Shown here in pieces: positions 19,483 through 28,611 of a stretch of DNA of 64,000 bases. Every line of letters starts with the position of its first letter. Positions within the stretch are counted from its first letter, which is position 1. The translations under genes were made by a program, and so were the position numbers. The stretch lies in contig FR897047.1 of NCBI GenBank assembly GCA_000437235.1, forward strand, positions 43,542 to 107,541. The letters are read 5' to 3'. Source of the DNA: Coprobacillus sp. CAG:826 (GTDB lineage Bacteria; Bacillota_I; Bacilli_A; RFN20; CAG-826). The notes below the pieces were generated by a model, which searched no databases, was not told the origin of the DNA, and saw only the letters and a program-made list of their open reading frames with translations.

Positions 19483-20297
19483 ACATTCACCACCATTTCA
19501 TCAAAAGAATGTGCTTCTTCAAGCTTTACACCATTTTCCATTAGTTCTACATAAAGTTCTGATAAAAATGGTAATTTTAAATTCAAGTTTTGTAGGATGT
19601 CCGTATGACTTAATACTTCACTTGCGTTACCTTGTAAAACTTTTGTACCATGACTTAAAATAATAACTTCATCCGCTTTAGAAGCTTCTTCCATATCATG
19701 AGTAATCGATAAAATCGTTAAATCAGGATTTTCTTTTCGCATTTCTTCAATTACTTCACGAATTTCTTTTTTTCCGCGAGGATCTAACATGGCGGTGGCT
19801 TCATCAAAAATAATCATTTTAGGATGCATGGCTAAAACACCAGCAATGGCTACTCTTTGTTTTTGACCACCCGAAAGATTGGAAGGCTCTTTATCTAAAA
19901 ATTCTTCCATTTGTACTTTTTTAGCAAATTCATGAATCCGTGCCTCCATTTCTTCATATGGAATACACCGATTTTCTAACCCAAAAGCAATATCTTCGCG
20001 TACAGTAGATCCAACAAATTGATTATCTGGATTTTGAAAAACAATACCAATTTCTTGGCGGATGGTATCAATGTTTTTCTCATTTACTTCTTGACCAAAA
20101 ACAATGATTTTACCCTCCTTTTTTTCTAAAAGTCCTAGAATCAATTTCGCTAACGTTGATTTTCCTGAGCCATTATGCCCAACAATTGCAACGTATTTTC
20201 CTGCTTCAATCGTCAATTGGATAGAATGAATCGCATCAACTTTGTTATCGTAACTAAAAGATAAATCATTAATTTCTAACGCGTTCATTACATCCAC
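19458..20297 (-). CDS. ecfA1: ECF transporter ATPase EcfA1
   Basis: Walker A GHNGSGKST and signature LSGGQKQR. Confidence 0.9.
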   Translation of the reverse strand: MDVMNALEINDLSFSYDNKVDAIHSIQLTIEAGKYVAIVGHNGSGKSTLAKLILGLLEKKEGKIIVFGQEVNEKNIDTIRQEIGIVFQNPDNQFVGSTVREDIAFGLENRCIPYEEMEARIHEFAKKVQMEEFLDKEPSNLSGGQKQRVAIAGVLAMHPKMIIFDEATAMLDPRGKKEIREVIEEMRKENPDLTILSITHDMEEASKADEVIILSHGTKVLQGNASEVLSHTDILQNLNLKLPFLSELYVELMENGVKLEEAHSFDEMVVNVCQYVLKK

Positions 20298-20311
20298 CTT
20301 TTCTTTCTTTT

Positions 20312-20806
20312 TTATTGTTCCTCAAATTCAATTTTAGGAAGTCGACCTGTGAACTTGCGGTAAGTAACGCCACAAGTATCAAACATATATTTACTAGCTT
20401 TTACGCCATCGGTATCTTTATATTTATCACTCACATATACCACTTCTTTAATACCTGTTTGAATGATGGCTTTTGCACATTCATTACAAGGGAATAAAGA
20501 AACATAAATCGTGCATCCTTTTAAAGAGGCACTACGAATATTTAAGATTGCGTTAAATTCGGCATGGCAGACATATAAATACTTTGAATCCACCCCAGAG
20601 CCACGATCCCAAGGCATATGATCATCATCACAGCCAATCGGCATACCATTATAACCAATGGACACAACTTTATGATCAGAGTCAACAATGCAGGCTCCAA
20701 CTTGGGTGGAAGGATCTTTGCTTCTCATGCTCGATAAATAAGCAATTCCCATAAAGTATTCGTCCCAGGTAATATAATCTTTTCTTTTCATCGTACATCT
20801 CTCCAT
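20312..20806 (-). CDS. dCMP deaminase (ComEB-like)
   Basis: Zn-binding cytidine-deaminase motifs HAEFNAI and PCNECAK. Confidence 0.85.
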   Translation of the reverse strand: MERCTMKRKDYITWDEYFMGIAYLSSMRSKDPSTQVGACIVDSDHKVVSIGYNGMPIGCDDDHMPWDRGSGVDSKYLYVCHAEFNAILNIRSASLKGCTIYVSLFPCNECAKAIIQTGIKEVVYVSDKYKDTDGVKASKYMFDTCGVTYRKFTGRLPKIEFEEQ

Positions 20807-20903
20807 TCATCATTACGGGGCAATTATAGCATATTTTTATTTTACTCTAAAGAGTAAAAAAATATTTGTCATCAATTCAGAAATTACTTATACTAAAAAA
20901 GAG

Positions 20904-21749
20904 GTGATATTTATGGCAGAAACGACTTATTTGATTTGTACCGATTTAGACAACACTCTTCTAACACCTGAAAAAAATATTACACTTGCTACTAAAGAAA
21001 TGATGGATCACGTGATTCAAAACGGAAATTATTTTGTTTATAACACGGGCCGTCCTTACCATGGAGGGCTTGAATATATTCAGTTATTACCTCAAACCAT
21101 GCCCGCTATCTTTTTAAATGGTGCTTTAATTATTTGGACCAATCCTAAGACATTAGAAATAGAAAAAAAGATATCTTTTCCATTAAATCTCACTTTACTG
21201 CATGAATTATTAGAAGAAATTATGCCTTATTTAGACGGCGGACTCATTTATGCATTTGAGTATCTTTATGTATATCATAAAAATAAATTACCTTTTTGGT
21301 TAGTGCATGATAATGAATATGTCACGATAAAAAGATTGACCGCTAAAACGAAATTTATTGATGAGCCTTTAAGTGCTTCTTTTCAAGTAAAAGAAGAACA
21401 TGTTCAAGAATTTTTATTTATCATTCAAAAAGAAAAATATCAAGAATTCTCTTTCTATTCTTGGGGGAATTTTGATCATATTTATTCTTTTGAAGTTATT
21501 AAAAAAGGTGTGAGTAAAGGCGCTGCTTTGTCCCTTTTAAAAGATATTCTTCATCTACCTTCTCTCTACACCATTGCTTTTGGTGACAATTATAATGATG
21601 TGAGCATGTTAGAAATCGCTGATGAAGGGATTTATATGTGTAATTCTAAAGAAGATTTATTAAAAAAAGGAAGGCTTTTCACTTCCCTTACTTCTAGCCA
21701 AGATGGCTTATTAGATTATTTAAAAGAGCATCATCCTGAATTGTTTTAA
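20904..21749 (+). CDS. HAD-IIB (Cof-type) phosphatase
   Basis: N-terminal DxD motif (CTDLDNTLL) and a C-terminal GDNYND motif. Confidence 0.8.
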   Translation: MIFMAETTYLICTDLDNTLLTPEKNITLATKEMMDHVIQNGNYFVYNTGRPYHGGLEYIQLLPQTMPAIFLNGALIIWTNPKTLEIEKKISFPLNLTLLHELLEEIMPYLDGGLIYAFEYLYVYHKNKLPFWLVHDNEYVTIKRLTAKTKFIDEPLSASFQVKEEHVQEFLFIIQKEKYQEFSFYSWGNFDHIYSFEVIKKGVSKGAALSLLKDILHLPSLYTIAFGDNYNDVSMLEIADEGIYMCNSKEDLLKKGRLFTSLTSSQDGLLDYLKEHHPELF

Positions 21750-21750
21750 T

Positions 21751-22116
21751 TTATTTTTTACGATGAATCGAATCTTCTTTACGGAAATGTCCTGTAGGAT
21801 AACGAGAAGATAATTTTTCAATATTGTGATTGGCGATATCTTCTAATGTATAGCCTAAGCCTTTTGCGGTTAAAGCAACATACCACATGACGTCGCCTAA
21901 TTCATCCATTAATTTTTCTTGATTTAAATCATGACCTTGGAAAAGGGATTTTTTTACAATGTCCGCACATTCTCCTGATTCTCCAGTTAAACCTAATACC
22001 CCATTTAAAACAGGATTTTTTCTTCCTTCTTCACTAGCAAAGCTATAAGCCGCTTCTTGATATTCATTTAATTTTTCCATAACATATTTCAACTCCTCGT
22101 TTCTATTTTCTAGCAT
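21751..22116 (-). CDS. MazG-like nucleotide pyrophosphohydrolase
   Basis: GLTGESGE...ELGDVMWY pattern, characteristic of the all-alpha NTP pyrophosphatase family. Confidence 0.7.
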   Translation of the reverse strand: MLENRNEELKYVMEKLNEYQEAAYSFASEEGRKNPVLNGVLGLTGESGECADIVKKSLFQGHDLNQEKLMDELGDVMWYVALTAKGLGYTLEDIANHNIEKLSSRYPTGHFRKEDSIHRKK

Positions 22117-22152
22117 TTGTTAAAAAGAAACAAGAGAAAAATAAAAAGTTTT

Positions 22153-23979
22153 TTAAGAAGATAAAGCGCCTTCTATCATGCTTCCAATACCAAAAGCTAG
22201 ATAGGATAAAAGAAAAGCAAGAGCGGTTTGAAGAATTAGATATTTCATCGTTTTTTTCGTGCTTCCTAATTCTTTTTTCATCGTCGCAATTGCGCTGATA
22301 CAAGGAGCACTAAAAAGAATAAACAAAATATAGGCGTATGCCGCACTTTTACTTTGAAACATGGAAAAAACAGAAGATAAAAAAATGCTTTCATCTCCTA
22401 AAGTAGAATCTAATCCCGCAATCATTCGTAAGGAAGAAACGACTTGTTCTTTAGCAATAATACCCTGAAATGCGGATACCGTAAGTGCCCAAGAATTTTC
22501 TCCTACCATCGGATAAAAAAGCCATGAAAACAGTCTTCCTATATCGGATAAAATAGATTTTTCAATGGGAATACCATAAGTCAAATTCCAAGAAAAAGAA
22601 GATAAAAACCATACAAATATCGAACAAAGTAAAACAATGCTCATCGTCTTTTTAATAAAACTTTTCCCTTTTTCATAGACATCATACGCTATATAATTTA
22701 GATTTGGCCAATGATATTTAGGGAGTTCTATAAAGAATTCAGAAGTATGATTTCTTTGAAAAAGCTTTTTAAAAATTAGCGCATAAATCAAGATGAATAA
22801 AATCGCTAATAAATATAAAGAGATAACAAAGAAGAAACGTTTTTCATAAAAAATATGGCTGGCAAAAAGAACGATAATAGGAAGTTTCGCACTGCAAGGA
22901 ACAAAGGGCGTTAAAACAATCGCTTTTTCTCTTTCTTCCATTGAAGGAATAGTTCTTGTAATCATGATTCCTGGAACACTACAACCACTTCCCACTAAAA
23001 AGGGTATCATCGTTTTTCCGCTTAATGATACCTTTTGCAATAAGCCATCGAGAATAAAAGAAATACGCGCTAGATATCCAGTATTTTCTAAAAAAGCAAT
23101 AAAAAAGAAAAGAGCGATTAATTCAGGAAGAAAACAAAGCATACTTCCTACACTTCCTAAAATACCATGAACGAATAAACTATTGAGCCATGGTTGAATA
23201 TTGTTTTGTTCTAAAAGAGAAGAAAGCTTTTCTAATGCTGAACTTAAGCCATTTTCTAAAAGTGGTGTTAAACCATTTCCCACAACTAAAACAACAAAAG
23301 CGTACATGCTTATCATAATCAGTATAAAAATAGGAATAGACCAAAAAGGATGTAAAAAGAAATCATCTAGCCGCGATGACCATGTTTTTACATTTTCTTC
23401 TTTTTGATAAACTTCTTTTGTTATTTGCTCAATCATTTGATATTGCTTTTCAATTTCTTTTTCATCTTTCGAAGGGAAAAAAACAAATTTAGGTTCTTTT
23501 GTTGCGGTTTTTTTTTCTATTTTATTGATTAAGTCATCTAAAGATTTTGTATTTTTTCTAGAAATAACGATGACTTCAACACCCAAAAGCTCTTCTAGTT
23601 TCTTTTTGTTAAAGCTTATTTTTTCTTCTTTAAAGCAGTCTTCCATCGTTATTACAACAATTACTCTTTTTTTCAAAGATAATAATTGAGTTGTTAAAAA
23701 TAAACTTCTTTCTAAACATGTTCCATCTATCACATTGAAAATCACATCAATCTTTTCATTATTTAAATAATCCACCGTAATTTCCTCTTCTTTTGAATAA
23801 GGAAATAATGAATAAGTTCCTGGTAAATCAATAATGTAATGATGAGTTTCTTCTATCCTTCCTTCTTTTTTCTCAATCGTAACGCCTGGAAAATTTCCAA
23901 TCGTTTGATGCGTTTTTGTTAAAGCACTAAAAAGTGTTGATTTTCCAGAATTTGGATTACCTACTAATGCGATATTCAT
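22153..23979 (-). CDS. feoB: Ferrous iron transporter FeoB
   Basis: N-terminal G-domain (GNPNSGKST) followed by a polytopic membrane domain. It overlaps feoA by 4 nt. Confidence 0.9.
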   Translation of the reverse strand: MNIALVGNPNSGKSTLFSALTKTHQTIGNFPGVTIEKKEGRIEETHHYIIDLPGTYSLFPYSKEEEITVDYLNNEKIDVIFNVIDGTCLERSLFLTTQLLSLKKRVIVVITMEDCFKEEKISFNKKKLEELLGVEVIVISRKNTKSLDDLINKIEKKTATKEPKFVFFPSKDEKEIEKQYQMIEQITKEVYQKEENVKTWSSRLDDFFLHPFWSIPIFILIMISMYAFVVLVVGNGLTPLLENGLSSALEKLSSLLEQNNIQPWLNSLFVHGILGSVGSMLCFLPELIALFFFIAFLENTGYLARISFILDGLLQKVSLSGKTMIPFLVGSGCSVPGIMITRTIPSMEEREKAIVLTPFVPCSAKLPIIVLFASHIFYEKRFFFVISLYLLAILFILIYALIFKKLFQRNHTSEFFIELPKYHWPNLNYIAYDVYEKGKSFIKKTMSIVLLCSIFVWFLSSFSWNLTYGIPIEKSILSDIGRLFSWLFYPMVGENSWALTVSAFQGIIAKEQVVSSLRMIAGLDSTLGDESIFLSSVFSMFQSKSAAYAYILFILFSAPCISAIATMKKELGSTKKTMKYLILQTALAFLLSYLAFGIGSMIEGALSS

Positions 23980-24218
23980 TGTTCATTCTCCACAATAATA
24001 GCGTTTAAGATTGATTTAGGTAAACATAATTCATAATGACGAAAATAAATCGCCATTTCATTTTGAAAAGGAGCTACGCGTAAAACACGTACTTTGGTAC
24101 CTCTAATTAGCCCCAGTTCTAATAACCTTCTTTTTAAATATTCTTGTTCATTGATTTCTTTAATTTGAACACATTCTCCTTTTTTTACCGCTAGTAAAGT
24201 GCGCTGACTTTTGTTCAT
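23976..24218 (-). CDS. feoA: FeoA
   Basis: 80-aa SH3-like protein directly upstream of feoB. Confidence 0.8.
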   Translation of the reverse strand: MNKSQRTLLAVKKGECVQIKEINEQEYLKRRLLELGLIRGTKVRVLRVAPFQNEMAIYFRHYELCLPKSILNAIIVENEQ

Positions 24219-24290
24219 TTTTATAGCTCCTATTCATATTATCTATACGTAAAAAGGCAAAAGAAGTAGAACTATTGAAAGTAGAAAGGT

Positions 24291-24308
24291 TTCAAAGTAT
24301 ACTTTGAA
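24291..24308. promoter_or_regulatory. Perfect 18-bp palindrome TTCAAAGTATACTTTGAA in the divergent feoA / GH13 promoter region
   Basis: Seen directly. It is not a canonical Fur box. Confidence 0.5.
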
Positions 24309-24342
24309 TAGAATGATTTTATGATGGAAAGGAAGAAAAAAT

Positions 24343-26070
24343 ATGGAAGATATTGTATTGCTACATTTTGCTAATGAGAATGATTGTTTTGCTTTAGATA
24401 GAAACCAATTCTGTATTCGCTTTAAAATTACAAAAGGAACAACTTCACGCGCTTTTATCCATATTTGTGATAAATATATCTCCCATATTTCGAAAACACC
24501 TCTTCCAGAGACAATTTTAAAATTTCCAATGAAAAAGGTGGCTTCTGATGGTATTTTCGATTATTTTGAAGCCATTGTTTTTGAAAGAATGATTACTTTT
24601 TCTTATTTTTTCGAAATCGTTGATAGCGCTAAAGCATCTTCTTTTTATGGAAATCTTCATTGGTATAAAAATAGAATTGAATGCTTAGAGCATATGTTTG
24701 AATGCCCACAAATTGCTCGCTTCCATGATGCATTATTTACTCCTTCATGGGCCAAAGGTGCGATTGGTTATCAAATATTCCCCGATAGTTTTGCTCGCCT
24801 TCATGAAAGAAAAGAACAACATGTCGCTTGGAACAAGGTTCCTATCATGCCTGGAGACCGCTTAGGAGGAGAACTTGTTGGTATAACTGCACATTTAAAC
24901 TATATAAAAGAATTAGGCGTTGATTTTATTTACCTTAATTCCATTTTTTCATCTACTACAGCCCACCGCTATAATATTACTGATTATTATAAAATTGATC
25001 CCGAATTAGGCACCAAAAAAGATTTCATTCAATTCGTAAAAAAAGCACATAAGCTTGGATTAAAAGTAGTTTTAGATGGTGTGTTTAATCACGTAAGTAC
25101 CGAATTCTTCGCCTTTAAAGATGTTGTCAACAAACAAGAAAAATCAAAGTATAAGGATTGGTTCTATATTGAAGATTTCCCTATTCGAAATGAAGTAGAT
25201 GAAAAGCCAAATTATGAATCATTCTCTTATATGAGTGGTATGCCTAAATTAAATCTAACCAACCCAAAAGTCCAAAAATATATTCTTTCTGTTGTTCAAT
25301 ATTGGATGAAAAAAGCCCATATTGACGGTTGGAGAATTAGTGCGAGTGACGAAATGCCTCTTTCTTTTTTAGAAGAACTCAAAAAAACAGTAAAAAATAT
25401 TAATTCTGATGCTATTATTGTTGCAGAAAACTGGCATTATGACTTTTCTTCAAAAACTCAACTCTTTGATAGTGTTACCAATTATCCTTTCTATTACGCT
25501 TTAAAAAATTGGCTTATCCTTCATGAATACCGCATTACCGATTTTGCTAAAGAATTATCGTTTATGCGTGGAAATTTCCCTTATGAAACCTATCATACTT
25601 TATGGAACATGATTGATTCTCATGATACGCCTCGCTTGATTTCTGAATGTGAAAGTCTAGATGATTTCTTATTAGCGGTTGTTCTTCAACTTACATTACC
25701 TGGATCTCCTATCATTTATTATGGAGACGAAGTTGGGTTGAATGGTTATGCTTCTCCAGACTCTAGACGTGCAATGTTATGGGACGATTCTCAAAATATT
25801 ACTATTTTGAATATGTATAAAAAGTTGATTATGTTAAGAAATTCGTATTCTGCGTTAAAAACAGGTGATTTCCGTATGATTGACGCAGTAATAAAAAGTC
25901 AACTTCTTATTTTTTCTCGCTACACTGAAGAGGATGAAATTCGTATCATTATCAATGCTTCGAATGCTCCACAAAGTCATAATGTAAAAGGAAAAGATTT
26001 ACTTTCTCAACTCTCTGTTCTACCAAAGATACCTGCTAAATCATTCTATATTGTTCAAGTTGAGAAATAA
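24343..26070 (+). CDS. GH13 alpha-amylase-family glycosidase (neopullulanase/cyclomaltodextrinase-like, with N-domain)
   Basis: Conserved region VLDGVFNH and the other GH13 catalytic regions (GWRISASDE, EVGLNGYAS). Confidence 0.85.
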   Translation: MEDIVLLHFANENDCFALDRNQFCIRFKITKGTTSRAFIHICDKYISHISKTPLPETILKFPMKKVASDGIFDYFEAIVFERMITFSYFFEIVDSAKASSFYGNLHWYKNRIECLEHMFECPQIARFHDALFTPSWAKGAIGYQIFPDSFARLHERKEQHVAWNKVPIMPGDRLGGELVGITAHLNYIKELGVDFIYLNSIFSSTTAHRYNITDYYKIDPELGTKKDFIQFVKKAHKLGLKVVLDGVFNHVSTEFFAFKDVVNKQEKSKYKDWFYIEDFPIRNEVDEKPNYESFSYMSGMPKLNLTNPKVQKYILSVVQYWMKKAHIDGWRISASDEMPLSFLEELKKTVKNINSDAIIVAENWHYDFSSKTQLFDSVTNYPFYYALKNWLILHEYRITDFAKELSFMRGNFPYETYHTLWNMIDSHDTPRLISECESLDDFLLAVVLQLTLPGSPIIYYGDEVGLNGYASPDSRRAMLWDDSQNITILNMYKKLIMLRNSYSALKTGDFRMIDAVIKSQLLIFSRYTEEDEIRIIINASNAPQSHNVKGKDLLSQLSVLPKIPAKSFYIVQVEK

Positions 26071-26072
26071 AT

Positions 26073-26330
26073 TTGTATGTTCTTTTTTGCCTTAGCCAAA
26101 ATAAGAATATGGGCTATTACAATTATCACGGCATGATTAAAAGAAGAATTCGAAATCATGAGCTTATCCAATATGAATATGTAGATGAATATCATCACAT
26201 CCATCCTTGTTTACTACTCTATTTTAATGACGGCACTATCAAACCCATTCGCGAATATCGCTTTATGGAATACGCTCCGATTTTATTAAAATGGGAAGAA
26301 GAAACGAAGCAAAAGAAAAGGCGCAATTAA
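26073..26330 (+). CDS. Hypothetical small protein
   Basis: 85-aa ORF immediately after the GH13 gene. No motif recognised. Confidence 0.3.
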   Translation: MYVLFCLSQNKNMGYYNYHGMIKRRIRNHELIQYEYVDEYHHIHPCLLLYFNDGTIKPIREYRFMEYAPILLKWEEETKQKKRRN

Positions 26331-26339
26331 GCGTCTTTT

Positions 26340-28070
26340 TTACTCTTTAAATTGATATTGATAAAGTTCTGCATAAATTCCATTTTTCGCAATCAATTCT
26401 TCATGCGTTCCTTTTTCAACAATACCATTTTCTGTTAAAACAATAATTTCATCGGCATTCTTTACGGTAGATAAGCGATGTGCAACTACAATCGTTGTTC
26501 TTCCTTTTTGCAGTTGATATAAAGCATTTTGAATTTGCATTTCTGTCATGTTATCTAAAGCAGAAGTAGCTTCATCTAGAATTAAAATATCGGGATTTTT
26601 TAAAAATGCTCTAGCAATAGAAATTCTTTGTTTTTGTCCACCCGATAGCATGACACCTCGTTCTCCAACTTCCGTATCATAGCCTTTATCTAACGCCATA
26701 ATGAATTCATGGATATTGGCTTTTTTAGCGGCATCCATAATTTCTTCTTTACTAGCTTTTTCATTCCCATAAGCAATATTTTCTAAAATAGAGCCAGGAA
26801 ATAAGAATACATCTTGCGCCACGATACCAATGCGTTTACGTAGGTTCTGCGTGGTTATATCTCGAATATCAATCCCGTCAATCGTAATCTTTCCATCATC
26901 AATTTCATAAAAGCGAGGAATTAAGTGACAGATTGTTGTTTTTCCTCCTCCTGAAGGACCTACTAATGCAATAACTTTTCCTTTTTCAATATCAAAAGAT
27001 AAATGGGATAAAACATAATCTTTTTCGGTTTCTTCGTGTTGATATGTAAAGCTTACATCTTCAAAAGAAATGCAATCATGAAAGCCATCTAAAGTTTTTG
27101 CTTGTTCTTTACTCGGTTGCGGTTCTTCTTTCATATCCATTACTTCTAAGAAGCGCACAAATCCACTCATACCATTTTGAATTTGTTCATAGGTGTTAAC
27201 TAATGTACGAATGGGGTTAATTAACATCATAATATAAATAATATAAGCAGCAAATTCACCATCATCAATATAGCCTTTATAGAAGAAATAACCACCCGCT
27301 ACTAAGACGATTAAATAAAGTATATCGGCAAAAAACTGCATACCTGAATGGAAAATTCCCATTTCTTTATAAGCTTGTGCTCTCGCTTTTTGAAAGCGAA
27401 TACTAGACGCTTGGAATTTTTCTAGCTCATGCTCTTCTTGTACATAGGCTTTAGCGACTCGAATACCTTCAATAGAAGATTCTACTTCAGCATTAATTTC
27501 ACCCGTTTTAATGCGCATTAATCGGAAGGCTTTTCTTTGGTTTACTCTTGTCTTTGCTGTAAATATAATAATAAAAGGAATTACCGCGAATACAATTAAA
27601 GATAATTTCCAATTGATTGTGGCTAATACGATAAAGGAACCAATCATAGTAATCAAAGATAAAAAGATATCTTCAGGACCATGGTGTGCCACTTCACTAA
27701 TATCCATTAAATCATTAATCACGCGAGATGTAATATGTCCGGTTCGATTCTTATCAAAGAAAGTAAATGGTAAGCGTTGTAATTTTTGAAATAAATCTCT
27801 ACGCATATCGGCTTGAATTTTTACACCTACCATATGTCCCCAATAAGTTAAAACATAATTGAGTAGTGCTTTAATTATATAAATGGCAAGGAGAACACCA
27901 CCCCAAATTAAAATCATATTGAGTTCTCTTTGTGGAACATAAATATTAATAATTTCTTTTGTAATAAAAGGATATACAAGATTGCACACTGCAATTAAAA
28001 AGGCACACGTGATGTCAAGTAAGAATAGTTTAATATGCGGTTTATAATAAGGAGCAAACCGTCGAATCAT
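26340..28070 (-). CDS. ABC exporter, fused permease-ATPase (type I multidrug/lipid exporter family)
   Basis: Six TM helices, then Walker A GPSGGGKTT and signature LSGGQKQR. Confidence 0.85.
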   Translation of the reverse strand: MIRRFAPYYKPHIKLFLLDITCAFLIAVCNLVYPFITKEIINIYVPQRELNMILIWGGVLLAIYIIKALLNYVLTYWGHMVGVKIQADMRRDLFQKLQRLPFTFFDKNRTGHITSRVINDLMDISEVAHHGPEDIFLSLITMIGSFIVLATINWKLSLIVFAVIPFIIIFTAKTRVNQRKAFRLMRIKTGEINAEVESSIEGIRVAKAYVQEEHELEKFQASSIRFQKARAQAYKEMGIFHSGMQFFADILYLIVLVAGGYFFYKGYIDDGEFAAYIIYIMMLINPIRTLVNTYEQIQNGMSGFVRFLEVMDMKEEPQPSKEQAKTLDGFHDCISFEDVSFTYQHEETEKDYVLSHLSFDIEKGKVIALVGPSGGGKTTICHLIPRFYEIDDGKITIDGIDIRDITTQNLRKRIGIVAQDVFLFPGSILENIAYGNEKASKEEIMDAAKKANIHEFIMALDKGYDTEVGERGVMLSGGQKQRISIARAFLKNPDILILDEATSALDNMTEMQIQNALYQLQKGRTTIVVAHRLSTVKNADEIIVLTENGIVEKGTHEELIAKNGIYAELYQYQFKE

Positions 28071-28606
28071 TGTTTGTTACCCCTTAAAAGATATAACTCC
28101 AAAGCACAAATAGTTTTAGCATCAACAATCGTACCATCTAAAATCATTTGTTTCATTTCTTCTAATGTTACATATTCTAATTCTAAAAATTCGTTTTCAT
28201 CCCAATGTTTTTCTTTCTTTTCTAATTCGGTAGCAAAATAAAGATAAATAATTTCATCGGTATAGCCACAAGACGGATACATTTTTCCTAAGCATTCCAT
28301 GTGATGGGCATAAAAGCCTGTTTCTTCTTCTAATTCGCGTAGCGCAATTTGAATAGGATCTTCATGTTCATCTTGCTTACCCGCAGGAATTTCATAAAGA
28401 ATTTCATCATAAGCATAGCGATATTGTCTTTCTAAAATAATTTTTCCTTCACTCGTTAAAGCTAAAATCGCTGCGGCTGGATTATGACGAATCACTTCTC
28501 TAGAATCAATATTTCCATTCGGACAACGAACTTTAGCTTCTTCTACTTTTAAAATTCTACCTTGATAAGGGTAAGTTGCTGAGACTTTTTCTTCTTTTAA
28601 TTTCAT
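28067..28606 (-). CDS. NUDIX hydrolase
   Basis: Nudix box GKQDEHEDPIQIALRELEEETG. Confidence 0.8.
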   Translation of the reverse strand: MKLKEEKVSATYPYQGRILKVEEAKVRCPNGNIDSREVIRHNPAAAILALTSEGKIILERQYRYAYDEILYEIPAGKQDEHEDPIQIALRELEEETGFYAHHMECLGKMYPSCGYTDEIIYLYFATELEKKEKHWDENEFLELEYVTLEEMKQMILDGTIVDAKTICALELYLLRGNKQ

Positions 28607-28611
28607 CGTTT

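Noticed and set aside
22103-22303. 66-aa minus-strand ORF overlapping the 3' end of feoB
   Set aside because: It is an alternative-frame ORF inside or adjacent to feoB, low-complexity with no RBS. It is spurious.
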